The notes beneath the pieces were generated by a model. The model was not told the origin of the DNA. It saw only the letters and a program-made list of their open reading frames with translations, and ran no database searches. A stretch of 64,000 nucleotides of DNA from Octopus vulgaris (Eukaryota). Shown in pieces: positions 1 to 13,980 of this stretch (position 1 is its first letter; each line of letters starts with the position of its first letter). A program made the position numbers and the translations under genes. The DNA lies in assembly GCA_951406725.2 (NCBI GenBank), contig OX597821.1, positions 39,308,001 to 39,372,000 on the forward strand, read 5' to 3'.

Positions 1-947
1 TCAATTTTTATTTCTAATGATTCACGTGAATAATCTAAATTAGAAGAAAAGTAAATTACCAAAGCAACTGCCTGGTTCTAAGATTAAAAACATTATAAAA
101 CTAGAAAATAATTGTGCCAATACCATTTATTTTTAAACTTTTGGTTATATATATGTGTGTGTGTTCACACATATATACATACATTATATATATATATATG
201 TGTGTATGGATGTATATATATATATATATATATATATCTTCCTCCTACTAACATGGAATGAAAACTTCTAATGATAGCCTGAAATAATTTCTTAGTCATG
301 ATTAGTACTTGTGAAACTGGTTGACTATGTAAATATTTTATCTCATAAAAACAATATATTTTGTCCATTGTAAAATTTCTGTGTATTGTGCTTCCTTTTA
401 TTTTTTCACTACAGTTAACCATGTGGAAATATATATATTTTTATCTATTTTTTTTTCACTATGTGTGTGTACATGTGTGCATACATGCGTGTGTGTTATT
501 TTAAAATGTCTGTATACAATATATGGCTATAATATGTGCCAGTGCATAGTATATGGTTTTAATTTGCTCTACTCAGATATGCTCTTCCTATACTAAACTC
601 TACAGGTTTTGGCAAACCATTTTTGCGATCCATTACAAACCTTTAAAACTCCATAATTTTATTCATTGTTTCATTATTCAGCCATGATGTCTTATAATTT
701 TAACAGTATTTTAGATTTGTTAAACATTATTTTGTCTTCTCTTTCTTCCAAAATTATAGAAATAGGATAAACTCTGTGGTTTAAAATCCTGAGAGAAAAT
801 ATATTAAGATTTTAGGCAGTGACATTGTTCCAACTTCAAATCTAATTACAATCTTTGTGATTTCTCTAAACAAAACAACATATAGTTGTCTCAGGTGACC
901 TTAAGAGAAAATGTAACTAAGATTTTTACCTGGCACTAGAGTTACTT

Positions 948-994
<47 letters not shown>

Positions 995-2726
995 TTCATT
1001 TATTTAGTTATTTATTTTGTAATTTGTGAAGAATAACCTCACTAGCTCCAGGAATCCAAAGAGACAATCAGTAATTCACCGAATTTCTGATGATGTTGAG
1101 GGTGACGAAGGAACATCTTTCACCAGATGATTAAAGGTCACAGGATTTTCCCTGATGTTAATAGCCTTTGCCAACTGACAGAGAAAGGTATATGCATGGA
1201 TCTTCCTTTCAATCGCTCCTCCTTCTCCTCCCCCTCCTCTCATCATCACTTTTGTTTCTCCATGCTTGCATGGGGCATACGGATCTTGTCCAAAAGTGCA
1301 TCCATCTACTTGTCACATTCCTTTGTGAGGTTGACCATCCAGAGACCCACTTCCTATGCTTTTTCCTGTGTCTTTCTTTGAATATATATTCTGTGGATAT
1401 ATGTCTGGCCATGGAGGAATTTCCTTTTGCTTGGAAACAAGTAAGACTTAGTGACAGCTGTAGAAATCTGCCTCATCAAACTCCATTTAACCTGTGCAAG
1501 CATGGAAAAAGGGGATGTTAAAAGGATAATGATCACGTATCATTTGACTATAATGTGTCCTTATTTTCTTTCAGGTGGTACTCTCACCTTCAGCTGAGAG
1601 GTCCTTGTCTCCACTGGTGCTGGTGTCACATAAAAAAAAAGCACCCATACTAGTGTCATGTTAAAAGCTCTTGTGCTGGGTCACATGAAAAGCACCCATG
1701 TTGAAGCCATGTAAAATGTACCTGTGTTGGTGCCACATGAACAGCACTCGGTACCCTTTGTAAAATGGTTGGCATTAGGAAGGGCCTCCAGCCATAGAAA
1801 CCATGCCAAGATGGACAATTGGATCCTGGTGTCAAAATGTCCAACCCATATCAGCATGGGAAATGGATGTTAAATGATGATGATAGTAGCGTTTGATTTG
1901 GTTTCTATTTGTATCAAATTGAGTAAGTATATGCGTTCTCTTTCATTTGTTGCAGAAAGAAATAACCTCGACATCATTTTGCCAGAAAGAATGTTCAAAG
2001 AGAAGAATAAACGAAATTGTTGAAATGGATAACCAACTGGTGTACTCAGCGTGGATACCCAGGTCTGTTGAGAAGGTTTTAGTTATAAAAATAGATATTT
2101 CCTCATTATTTTCCTGTAAATCTAATTCACAAAATATTATCAAATGTGTTTTATAGATTTAACTGAATTTTCATTTTGTTTTTTTCCACCTGAGATTATA
2201 TAAAACCTTCTGAGATAAAAATCAGCTAAGTAAGTGGTGGTGGTGGTGGTGGGAGGCGGGGTGGCAGTGGCAGGGGTGGTGGTGGTAAGAAAATGGATGT
2301 TAAAGTCACTGAATTAAATTCTGATGCTGATTGTGATGCTTATGATGATTGTGATGATGATGATGATGAAATGATAAATCTTGACAATGGTCACTGTTTC
2401 CATAGTGTGTAGTATATCTTTTCCCTAATAGCTGAGTGACATATTGCATAGGTTCCTGTAAGAAGAATTAATCAAACGTTTATAAATTGCTACATTTCAC
2501 AAGATTAATCATTTGTATTGTTCTTGAAATACTTTGCAAATATATCAGCAGAAACACAGACAGAACTGTTGAACTTTGAAGATTTACTTCCCAATTTCAA
2601 GAAAAAAATTACAACAACAACAACAATAATAATGTCATTTTATTTTAAATATAAAACAAGCAAACCAAGTTTTGCTAGATTTTTGTGTGCATTATTTGTG
2701 TATTGTGTTTGTTTGTGTGTGTGTGT

Positions 2727-2763
<37 letters not shown>

Positions 2764-3435
2764 GTTTATGTGTGTGTGTGGGGGTATATAAGAGTTGAGT
2801 TGAATAATAAAAAGTAAACTATTTTTCAGGATACTAAGATAAATTGTTTTGAATATTTTAGTCTAATATTAATGAAGGGACAATGATAAAAATCAATTTA
2901 TTTTCTTGGTTTCAGATAGATAAACATTTTAGAATATTTTTACAATTTCTTTTCACAATCATCATCATCATCGTCGTCGTCACCACCATCATCGTCATCA
3001 TCATCATCACCATCAGTATCGATACTATATGATAACCACATCAGACTACCAACAACACATAAAATGTCATATATAGTAGTAAGCAAAGTCACTTTACCTT
3101 CTAAGTTCAAATCCCTGCAGGTCTGATCAAATTTGTACTCTTTACCAAAATATGTCATTTGGCACCCCAAATACACCCTGGCTCTCACACTCAGGCAATA
3201 CACTCCATATATGCACCACATGAAAGCCAGTTGGGTTTTTCTGTAACACATAACTGAGACAAATGATGAAACTCAGCCATATCAATGGGGGGAAAAAAAG
3301 AATTTTAAGCATGATGATGATGATGATGAGGTTTTTTAATACAAAATAAAGAGCAGCAGACTAATTCTGTACTTATTTGGGTTTGTTCCTCTATATTGGT
3401 CAACTAAGTTGATTTTGTCTCTGTCAATATACATG

Positions 3436-3475
<40 letters not shown>

Positions 3476-3477
<2 letters not shown>

Positions 3478-3711
3478 GGGTGGCCCAAAAGTGGGTTTAC
3501 AGTTATCATGTAGGCACTTTAAATTTATTTTAAAACATTTTATTACATTTAAATTTCTATCTTACAAACTGAAATGGGAGCTTGACAAAGTTAACTAATT
3601 TAGCATAGAATAATGGTTTCATTTTTTTTTTTTAATTAAGATCTACACTGTTAATATATGAATGTGAAAGAGATATTTGAATAACTGTAAACCTAGTTTT
3701 GGGCCACCCTG
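3476..3711. mobile_element. Tc1/mariner-type MITE
   Basis: About 31-bp TIRs CAGGGTGGCCCAAAA.T.GGTTTACAGTTAT; TA flanks. Confidence 0.88.
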
Positions 3712-3759
3712 TATGTATATATATATATATTATATTATATTGTATTATATTATATATAT

Positions 3760-3925
3760 AAATAGTTGAAATTTACAGAAAAACAAAAGGCAAAGTCAGG
3801 TGTATAAACAACAAACAGGTGTATTAGTTTGACACTCAGGAAGGTGAGAAAGTCTTTTACGTCTGGAGTCTACACTCTTCAACAGAAAGGAACATGAGGA
3901 AATGAACAGAGAATAAAATAAGAGA

Positions 3926-3928
<3 letters not shown>
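3760..3928 (-). mobile_element. Diverged copy of the ~180-bp TA-associated element
   Basis: Similar to 11250-11400 (tattag...ctcaggaa...aaagtcttttacgt...ctcttc..cagaaagg); (TA)n on both sides. Confidence 0.7.
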
Positions 3929-4006
<78 letters not shown>

Positions 4007-5309
4007 GCGAGCTGGCAATACACATACACTCACACACACACATACACACCTGTGTGAATCTCCTGCCAGATAAGTCTATGTTTTCTGTTTTGTTCAATCA
4101 CTAAAATGTAACTCCTCGTCATTTGTTTTACACCTCTCTCTCCCTCTCTCTCCTTCTCTCTCTCTCTCTCCATCACTCTCTCTCCTTCTCTCTCTCCCTC
4201 TGTCCTTACCTAATGGATTCTCCTGTTGGCTTTAATTTCCCATCCGATATATTATATAGATTAGCCACATTATGAAGCTTTGCACTCATTCTCTCCATCA
4301 AGTATTCCCTGCAATTCTTAGTCCTAACACCTATTCCTCCATCACTCCTCTGTCTATGGCACCACTCAGCTCCTGTTATTCCTTAAGAGCAGAATTAGTA
4401 TTACATTCCCCAGCCCTTTCTGTACACTATTAGTTCCCTCCTCCTTCCCTTGAATGACTTCCATCCTTCATCAGTATCATTCCTTCCCACACTATTTTCT
4501 CCAAGTACCTCCCACCATCCTTTTTTGTGCCTTCAGTAATCCTCCTTTCTCTTCTGCTATGCCTCATCTTTAACACCTCTCATATTTGCTATCAGTTTCA
4601 CCGCTCTCTCAAATCCACTTACTACAGTCACCCTTATGTACCTCTACATCTCCCTTCTCACCACTCTTATTAAACCTTGCACACCATCCTCCTACTTTCT
4701 GATCTATCCTCCCTCCCGAGTCACTTCTGTCTCTCTCACCTTATCAATTCTCTATGCTGATATATCCCATCACCTCCACCCTTACCCATCACTCACTACA
4801 TTTACCTCTAATCCCATCTCTAACTACCTGTTGCTCTCCTCTGGTCGACTATCTGCATCCTCTCTTATGCTTACCTTTTTGTACATTGAGACTTCACTGT
4901 GGCATCCCACCATTACCATTTTTATCATCTTCCCAGCTACTCTCACCTACCCTAATAAAATTCAGGGTAGCCATGTATCTTTTCCATATAAAAGTACCTA
5001 TACTTATACTTCTATCATATTTTTAACTTCTCAAGACCTGGCATAAAGCCTCCTTTAAATCTTACTACCACCTGCCACAAGCTTAGTCAAGGGGGCTTTT
5101 TACTTTTCTTTCCTTGTCTTAGTGTTCTCATTGTGTTGGAGTCCTGAAAATAATACCCAGTACACACTGTAAAATGTTTGGGATTAGGAAGGGGATTTAG
5201 CTTTAGAAATCATGCCAGAACAGACACTGGAGCTTGATGTAGCTCTGTGGCATTGCCAGGTCTTGTCAAACCAACCAACCCATGCCTGCATGGAAAACAT
5301 GCATGCACT

Positions 5310-6110
5310 TATTTCGACGTTGATATCACCTGAACAAATTTTCTCACCATCCACTTCCAACTCTTAGACACTCTTCATTGATTCACACAAACATTGCCAG
5401 GCTCAGAATCCTGTAACATCACACATTAGGGAACTGTTGCTGCTTTTGATACCACCAGAGAGCAGAATTAGGAAGAGGCGAATAACCAGGTTTAATCCAT
5501 TCTACAACCTAGAAGTTACTACAGACCTAACAAAGAATTTCTTGATTATTATGACATTATTTCCCACTCACACACAGATACCATTATAGTTATTTAAACC
5601 ACACAAAATTAAGATATTCTTGTACATAGCTTCCCTGATCAAAGCCTACCACCACAAATACACCTATATGCAATGACCATTGCATCAGTTAACCAGTTGC
5701 TGTCAAGTCCATTCATGTAAATAGATTTTTGATAGTGGTTCCATCCTCTTTAAAAGCCATATTCTAACAAATGTAACATCTTCAGATGATATTGCAAGGA
5801 ATATTATGGGTTTAATAGAGGACACTTTGAAGGGTTACTTCCTCCAACATGTAAATGTTATATTGAAAAAAACCTGGAAAAAATTCCATGTCTGTCTTAA
5901 AACATCTGGAAACTCAATGACAAGAGTCTAACATAGTACATTGATAAGGGGGGAGAGGGGGAGGGCAAGTCATATTTTAAAGGCATGGAACAGCAGACCA
6001 AACTTAACTGATAAATTTCAAATCATGAAGCATCCTGAGACATCTTTTAACTGGTAAAAAAGTGTTTGGGTGTTGCCAGAGGAAGAGAATTTATTTCTCT
6101 GACACACTGA
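5310..6110 (+). mobile_element. Decayed Penelope-like element, linker / GIY-YIG endonuclease region
   Basis: From 5470 translates RKRRITRFNPFYNLEVTTDLTKNFLIIMTLFP, resembling the PLE motif RKRNIIWFNPPYS..VKTNIGK.FL..HFP; later NIMGLIEDTLKGYFLQH resembles YIG.TE..FK.R..QH. Many stops and frameshifts. Confidence 0.6.
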
Positions 6111-6162
6111 AATCAATGCTAAAACATGGCATCTAAAAATCAGCTCCTCCAAGTGATTGCCT

Positions 6163-6390
6163 TTAACCCTTTAGCATTGAAGCCGGCCATATCCGGCCTA
6201 AATATTTTACCTCCTTTTTGTTCAAACCCAGTCAGATCCAGCCTCTTACTCTATCCTACAATATTATTCCCAAAGTAAAGAGTCACATCGCAGAAATCTC
6301 ACAGCTATGAGATAATGCATGATTAATTCAATGCAATGTGAATAAACAAGCATCACATTTGGTAGAATAATGTGAATACTAATGAGTTAT
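6163..6390. mobile_element. TTAA-type (piggyBac-like) MITE
   Basis: Starts TTAACCCTTTAGCATT; ends AATACTAATGAGTTA, an imperfect reverse complement. Confidence 0.55.
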
Positions 6391-7529
6391 AGATAACTGC
6401 GAGTCATTGGCCATTGCAGCACACTAATTCAAACAATAGTAGCCTTTTGGATCACAATAAGCTTGATAAATGAGGCCAACCTTACATGTACACCAATGAA
6501 CATTACAGCTTCCATCGACACTCAAAATATCATTGGAAAGATCACATGAGTAACTTAGTAACTTACTGAATCTATTCCAATTGTTATAAACTCTGCTTCA
6601 TATAATGAGTGCTTTCTTCCATTTGTACACAAAAACAAGAGTACTCACATGCACACACATATATATATATACACAAACATGTGTATTTGTGTATGTGGTT
6701 ACACATAAACATATGTATCCTGTTGCTGATTAGACAAAGACAAATAGATTTTTAATTGTTGATAAAGGAAATGTTTGATAAACATGTCTAACCACGACAC
6801 AAAATCTCAAATAGGTGTTTAAAAAGTGTCATATTATATTCAAGCGTATGACGACAACATCTTTTAAAACAATCTTGCTTTTAAACACATTTCACTGAGG
6901 TTTTTTTGTTTCTATTGTCACTACTGCTGTGTATTATTAGTGTCATTATTTCAACAAAATATTAAGAATATATCAAACTAGTGAAAAAAAAAATAGTTTA
7001 GAAGAAAAATAAAAAATATAATGAAATAAAACAGCTAAAAATATGTACTTAAATTATGTTTTTACATTTAATTTTGCTGTCAGCAGCAAGAATGACATTA
7101 AATTTTATATAAAACCACAAAAATTTTTCAAACATATTACCAAGCAGCAATAAATATTCTAGTGACAACTGTGATGGAATGGTAGTTGTTTGTGTTATTA
7201 CAATGAAACGCCTGATATTTGTTCGTTAGCTGTAATTATTGTTTAGATCGTATAAATACTATTATCATTATAATCTATCTCACTAACACACTGTTTATAT
7301 ATTTGTTGTTGTCACAGCCAGTGTTTGCTCTAATATCTTTGTTCACTCCCTTCCTCCTATTGATGATGCTGGTGATGGGCAATATTATTATTATTATTAA
7401 TTCTTCTCCCAGCTGAATTCTGATGAGAAGCTTGTTTATGTGAATGTATGTGTGTAACCATGTGTACGTTTGATTGGAAACTAAATTGCTTAGTATGTTT
7501 CTCATATATTTGTGTTTATATAAGTTACA

Positions 7530-8070
7530 TTTTCATATGGTCAGTCTTAAGACACACCTCTTCATGTCTCTTGCCCATCCACTGGCATTTAAAATTTCCA
7601 TAGAAGTGGAAGCTAGGCACCAAATATAACAGTGGAAGAGATATCTATGATGTATAAACTGGCTCACCAGTTTCGACATACTTTTTCAAGTTTAGATCAC
7701 ATAAGTTTTTCATATGGTCAGTCTGAAGACACACCTCTTCATGTCTCTTGCCCATCCGTTGGCATTTAAAATTTCCATAGAAGTGGAAGCTAGGCACCAA
7801 ATATAACAGCGGAAGAGATATCTATGATGTATGAACTGGCTCACCAGTTTAGACATACTTTTTCAAGTTTAGATCACATAAGTTTTTCATATGGTCAGTC
7901 TGAAGACACACCTCTTCATGTCTCTTGCCCATCCTCTGGCATTTAAAATTTCCATAGAAGTGGAAGCTAGGCACCAAATATAACAGTGGAAGAGATATCT
8001 ATAATGTATGAACTGGCTCACCAGTGTCTTAGACATACTTTTTCAAGTTTAGATCACATAAGTTTTTCAT
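7530..8070. repeat. Tandem repeat, 177-bp unit x3
   Basis: catatggtcagtc at 7534, 7711 and 7888; copies about 97% identical. Confidence 0.95.
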
Positions 8071-8623
8071 TTCGGTGCAGTATATATATATTACATTATA
8101 CAGATGTGGAATAATTTAGCCTGGTGTGGTCCTTCTCTTTCTAAACTTCACATTTTCAAAGGATCACAAAGTTATGAAGTGTTCATCATATTTATGGTAG
8201 TAATCTTTATGACAATGGGATTTAGCACTTTATAATACTTATTTACAATGTGGTCAATAACATTAGTGAAGTTTGGGGTTAAAGATCTGAATTTAGGGCA
8301 CAAAATCAACATAAAAAAAGCCTCTCTCTCTCATATATATATATATGAGGAGTGTCTATTAAATTCACTCACAGGACTTTGGTTGACCTGGGGCTTAAAG
8401 GGAAGACATTGGACCAATATGCTGTGCCATGGGATTGAACCATGACTGAAATCATGTGACTGGATAGAAAACATCTTAACCACACAGTTATGTCTGCACC
8501 TATGGCTCTGTGTGTATGTGTGTGTGTGTGTGTGCCTATGTGTGTATATATGTATGTGTGTTTTTATATATATATATATGTGCATATGTATGTAATACAT
8601 GCAAGCACACACACACAAGCATG

Positions 8624-8654
<31 letters not shown>

Positions 8655-9464
8655 GTATGTATGAATATGTAAACTCATATTAAATTAGAACTTCAAAATA
8701 GTAAATCTTTAAAAATACCATGTAATCTACAAGGATTAATATAATAGAATACAATAAAAAACTGCGATAAAAATAATATTAGCTTTCATTTCTCTAAAGA
8801 TCAAACATTTAAGTTTGAATGAATGTAAAAGCCTGGTAAATTTGTATCATATTTTATAATGAATATAATGAATTAATTAAATAAAATCTGGAAGCTAGCC
8901 ATAACCTTTGTATTCTGGTCTTGGCTGCTACTCTCTCTTTGTGCTACATCACTTCACTCAGTCGAGTCGGGCCGTTTTGTGAAATTTTATTATGATGACT
9001 TGAAATCACCCGTTTTAAACAGAAATATCTGTTGATTTAGATTTAGTGATGTATGTTTTAATATTTTGTTTTTTTTTGTTCTATGATTCTTGTTTAGAAT
9101 GGTTGAGTGGTAGGAATCCCTGCAGCAGTTTTTATTTAATAACTACATCCGCCTACATTCTGAGTTCAAATCTACGTAGAACTGACTTTGTCTTTTATCT
9201 TTCCAGTCGTTTTTTTCCAAAAGACAGTTCTTTATTCAAATAACTACATCCTTCCACTAAATTTGCTGTATTAAATAATCTAAATATGTTTATTGTATGC
9301 ATCATCTTTTTTCTTAATTTCAAATTCAACCTTCTAATCCCTTCAAATATTATGTAGAAATGATTATCTCCCTTGCACTAACTAATCAACAGGTTGCAAT
9401 ACAAATTGTTTTAATGTCTGTTTTTTTGTTATAATGTTACGGGTTATATATTTCTACTGCTTAA

Positions 9465-9695
9465 AGGCAGCAAGCTGGCAGACACATTAGCACGCTGGGC
9501 AAAATGCTTAGTGGTATTTCGTCTGCCATTACATTCTGAGTTCAAATTCCGCCGAGGTCGACTTTGCCTTTCATCCTTTCGGGGTCAATAAATAAAGTAC
9601 CAGTTTCGCACTGGGGTCGATGTAATCAACTTAATCTGTTTGTCTGTCCTTGTTTGTCCCCTATATTTTTAGCCCCTTGTGGGCAATAAAGAAAT
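9465..9695 (+). mobile_element. SINE family A (tRNA-like head; core ggtcgactttgcctttcatcctttcggggtc)
   Basis: B-box gagttcaaattcc; about 16-bp imperfect TSD (atatttctactgctta / atacttctcctgctta). Further degenerate copies near 26190, 33420, 38365, 55810, 62470, 62650 and 62900. Confidence 0.85.
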
Positions 9696-10065
9696 ATATA
9701 TACTTCTCCTGCTTATGCACTACAACATCTAACTCCAACTGTAAGATTTGACCATTTGGGCTTATAATTGCATTCCATGCCTGAATATCCTTTTTCACAC
9801 ATTTCTCACTAACTGCATATATCAAAATTTCTCAAAAAATATACGCAGTATGCTGGTATTTCTAGGTGTGTGACTTTACAAAAGTTAATGAAGAGGTAAA
9901 ATTTCAGATCCTAATGTCTTCATCTGAGTCAGTTGTATTCTCGCAATTCCATAAAGCTTAATATTATTGAATCACAGGGTTTGTATCCAATAGTGAGCTC
10001 TACTGAGATAATTAAGGTATTCAATCTGAGGTTGAATATTGGAGCAAAGTTTGGACTACTTTCTC

Positions 10066-10321
10066 AATGTCCTACAGAAAAATTAAACTAACAAACATTT
10101 ACTAATTACAGCTATTAATTACAAACAATTACAAACTATTCTTGTTTGTAGTTGTACTTTACTATTGTACCTATTTACAGTGAGATATACTGAGCCAGAA
10201 TGTCCTACAGAAAAATTAAACTAACAAACATTTACTAATTACAGCTATTAATTACAAACTATTCTTGTTTGTCGTTGTACTTTACCATTGTACCTATTTA
10301 CAATGAGATATACTAAGCCAG
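10066..10321. repeat. Tandem duplication, ~125-133 bp x2
   Basis: aatgtcctacagaaaaattaaactaac... occurs at about 10066 and about 10199. Confidence 0.92.
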
Positions 10322-10988
10322 CAAATCTTGGTCATAGTCAAGAGTGCAAATCAGATAACTAAACCCGAACCAGTGACTGTTAGCCTGTTAGTCACCCATT
10401 TTACAGTATCAACCAATTTTATCTCCAATCTTGAAATAAATATGCATAAGTAATTAAAATGTGATATTGTAAAAACACTTCAAAAATATGTCTTAATGAC
10501 ACTAATTAGATTTTTCTTTACTAAAAGATTTCCAGGTAATCAATTTATTTGTTATATTTTAGATTCTTATTTCACTTGAAGTGATTATCAAGTGTTATTC
10601 CAACAGTAAACATCTCCAAATATTTGATGAACATTTGACAGGCTCTTTTTGTTTGCTTAATTTTTATTTTTGCTTGAATCTTTAAAACAATCAATTGAAA
10701 TTAAGCTCAACAAATGATTCTGTTTGATAATTAATATGAAGAGAAATATGAAATAGATTTTAAAATAGTCTGTCATGTTTCACAAGCAATAAGAAATTCT
10801 GTACAGAAAGAGGTGATTTAATAACTACCTTGATGTGTGTGTGTGTGTCTGGTGGTGGCAGCGAGTATAAAGCCATAGCTGTGAATTTTACAAACAGTTT
10901 TGGAAGGTGAGAACAGAATGCTTTTAGATTTTGAGGTAACAAACATTGAAGAAAACATTGCTCTATCTCTCTCTCTCTCTTTCTCTCT

Positions 10989-11196
10989 CGATCGTTAGCC
11001 ACTACACACATTTTTTTTCTCTCCTTGTTTTCTGTGTCCCTTTCTGTAGAAGAGCGTAGGCTTGAAACGTAAAAGACTTTCTATTCCTGAGCATTATACT
11101 AATACATCTGTTTGTTTTGTACACCACCTGTCTTCGTCTTTTGTTGTTTTTTTTGTAAATCCTCCCTATGTATATATATATATGTGTGTGTGTGTG

Positions 11197-11251
<55 letters not shown>

Positions 11252-11420
11252 AGAGTTTACGAAAAAACAAAAGACAAAGACAGGTGGTGTACAAAACAAA
11301 CAGATGTATTAGTATAACGCTCAGGAATAGAAAAAGTCTTTTATGTTTCGAGCCTATGCTCTTCGACAGAAAGGGACACAGAAAAAAAACAAGGAGAGAA
11401 AAAATGTGTGTAGTGGCTAG
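10989..11420. mobile_element. Tail-to-tail inverted pair of a ~180-bp microsatellite-associated element with a hammerhead-like motif
   Basis: About 10995-11170 (+) and about 11245-11420 (-) are near reverse complements around a (TA)n/(TG)n tract. Motif CTTT-CTGTAGA-A-GAGCgtagGCTT-GAAA-CG-TA-AAAG at 11040-11075. Confidence 0.75.
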
Positions 11421-11426
11421 TGCAAA

Positions 11427-11739
11427 TTGAGGGAGTGGAATGGGTAAAATCCAGGCTACAAATGTCTCTTAGCTAGCTGATCTTTTGATATAACAATTAC
11501 TCCATGAGACATGCTCAGTTGAGCAAATATCAGGTTGAAAATGCCCTAATTATATGAAAGTTACATTGTTGCTTGGAATTCCGAGTTAACTCACTGTAGA
11601 TGTGAGTTGAAGCAACAATGCAGCCTTCATGTAATGAAGGTATTCTTGGCCCCTGATGATTAGATCTGTTGGGCTCCCATTCCAGAGGCTCGGCTAAGAA
11701 ACCTATGCAGCCTGGATTTCACCCGTTACACTTCTTTAA
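11427..11739. mobile_element. MITE with ~50-bp imperfect TIRs (Kolobok-like ends)
   Basis: agtggaatgggtaaaatccaggctaca versus the reverse complement of tgcagcctggatttcacccgttacact; TTAA at the right end. Confidence 0.55.
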
Positions 11740-11987
11740 TTTGGATTTTTATTTGCATTCATAGCAACTCTGGTTGCTAATTGTGTGGTATACAGAAACA
11801 TTCAGCTCATCAAATTCCCTCATAACTTTGACCTTGTTTGAGGCCCCACCATGAAGGGTTCTAGTGGAACAACTTGATGCCAGGACTTATTTTTTTAAAG
11901 TCTGCTCCTCATTTTATCGCTCTCTTCCACTGAACCACTAAGTTATGGGAATAGAAACAGACCAACATAAGTTGTCAAGTAATGCAC

Positions 11988-12130
11988 AAACAAACAAATG
12001 TATTAGTATAACGCTCAGGAATAGAAAAAGTCTTTTACGTTGCAAGCCTACGCTCTTCTACAGAAAGGGACACAGAAAAAACAAGGAGAGAAAAAAAATG
12101 TGTGTAGTAGCTAACGATCTATCATGGCAT
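11988..12130 (-). mobile_element. Copy of the ~180-bp TA-associated element
   Basis: Near-identical to 11295-11420. Confidence 0.75.
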
Positions 12131-12154
12131 CTCATACATATACATACATACATA

Positions 12155-12192
<38 letters not shown>

Positions 12193-12193
<1 letters not shown>

Positions 12194-12410
12194 GAGAGGG
12201 TGCTGAAAATTTCCTGACTTTGGGTAAAAGAAACTAGAGGAGGATCAATTAATTATGATTTTAGTAAACATATTCCCCTCTCAGATTTACACACTTATTG
12301 CAGCTGTCCTTCTGTTTTTCTAAGCCTTGTAAAAGAATTCAGAAGGTTGAGCCTCCAACCAGGCTTTTTACAATACCCTTAAAGCCAGCAACTTACCAAC
12401 ACCTTCTTGT
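12193..12410. mobile_element. Degenerate mariner-type MITE
   Basis: Left end tgagagggtgctgaaaatttcctgacttt; right end aaagccagcaacttaccaacaccttcttg; a related end occurs at 35238-35270. Confidence 0.55.
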
Positions 12411-13836
12411 GTATATTCATATATGTGTGCTTGGTTCTACAGCGTTCTACATAGTTTCTGTCTCCTAATTTAACTCACTGGTCATTGGTCAACCTGCAAT
12501 AAAAGTAGACAGTAACTTGACCAATTTTGTGTACCCTGCGACTGAACTTGAAACCACATAGTTGCAAACTTAACCTCTTAAACACACAGCCTTACCCGTG
12601 CTCACACACATGTGCACACAACACAAAAATATATCTTTTATCTATTACTTGTTTCAGTCTTTACGTTGCAGCCATGATGATTTTTATCCCATGTCCCTTA
12701 AATTATTCCTCTATTCTTCACTGCCTCTCCCGCGAAGGTTTCTCTCAGTATCTCTCTTCTTGCTCATCTATCTTCTGCCATCTTATTGACTACATCCTAA
12801 ACAAGGTTTCCATCTCATTCATAAATGTCTCCAAACCACTCTATCATGACAATCTTATAAAATTATCAATCAGTGTCACATTTACAATCTCTCTCTCTTT
12901 TTCTCTCTCTCTCTCTTTCTCCCTCTCTCTCTCCCATTCCCCATCATTGGTCACATGAGCTTCACACATGGTTTCTAATATTCCACAAGGCTTTCGGTTC
13001 AAAAGCAACATAGTTACCATCAGATACAGGGTTCTTGAAGTATATACAGTGTGATTCTTAAACTCTTTTGATATTAATATAAACCAGCTAAGAACTGAGG
13101 TTAGTTAAGCTTTATTAAAGTGTATCTAACTCCTACTGTCTTTCTGTCCATTCTTTACGCCTCCACAAATTCCAGTAAAATATGTTGTCAGCAACCTATT
13201 GAAACAATGTTTTGCACAAACTTAAAAATGGAAAAATTCCTGGCATTCATGCTATTCTGGCAGAAGTGCCAAAATTAGAGGAAACAGAATGCTAGGTCTT
13301 CTGTTGCACAGTGTTTGATATAATTTGGGAGGACTTGGTCCAATTTTTCAAGATTTGAGGAATGCATTGCAGAACGTGCTTTGCAAAGGAAAAAGTGGTA
13401 AAATCATGGAATAATGTTTGAGGCATTTCCTTCTTCAGTGTTGTAGGGACACTATGGAGCACAATTAAGACAAATTTCCAAATACTATCTATTCTTTCAT
13501 GATTTCAGGAAGAACATGCTCTGTAATTGTTGGAGAATACCAAAAGCTCCCTTTTAATTAGTGTTTGTGGTGATGTCAAACAAGACGCTATAATGGATCC
13601 TACTTCATTTTCAAGACATTTCACAATAATGATTTTCAATGACCTTCAATGACTGCCGTAAAGGTAGATACCACAACTCAAGTGGAAAGCTATCTCACTC
13701 AATATACTTCTGAATGAAGTGTATTAGTTGGGAACAGAGTAGTAATAAGAAAAGAGATGACAAAGGAATAACTGTTTGTTCCTTTCTCATTTCTTTCCTT
13801 ATAATACATACACACGCACACATACACACATATGTA

Positions 13837-13885
<49 letters not shown>

Positions 13886-13980
13886 CATTTTTTCATAATG
13901 AGATAAAAAACCAAGGCAGTGTAGCTCACTGACACCATTACCTCTCACGACCTATATATACGACACTCCTGTTACAACCT

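Noticed and set aside
4230-5046. 136-aa ORF and a possible LINE remnant (minus-strand SDGGIGVR)
   Set aside because: Low-complexity CT-rich sequence; the motif is too short to assign.
7530-8070. Possible CRISPR-like or coding repeat
   Set aside because: No unique spacers, eukaryotic context, and stop codons in the frames examined.
11648-11716. CTGATGA-TTAG...CTAA-GAAAC hammerhead-like motif
   Set aside because: The triplet is GCA, stem I does not register, and the 3' part belongs to a MITE TIR; probably coincidental.
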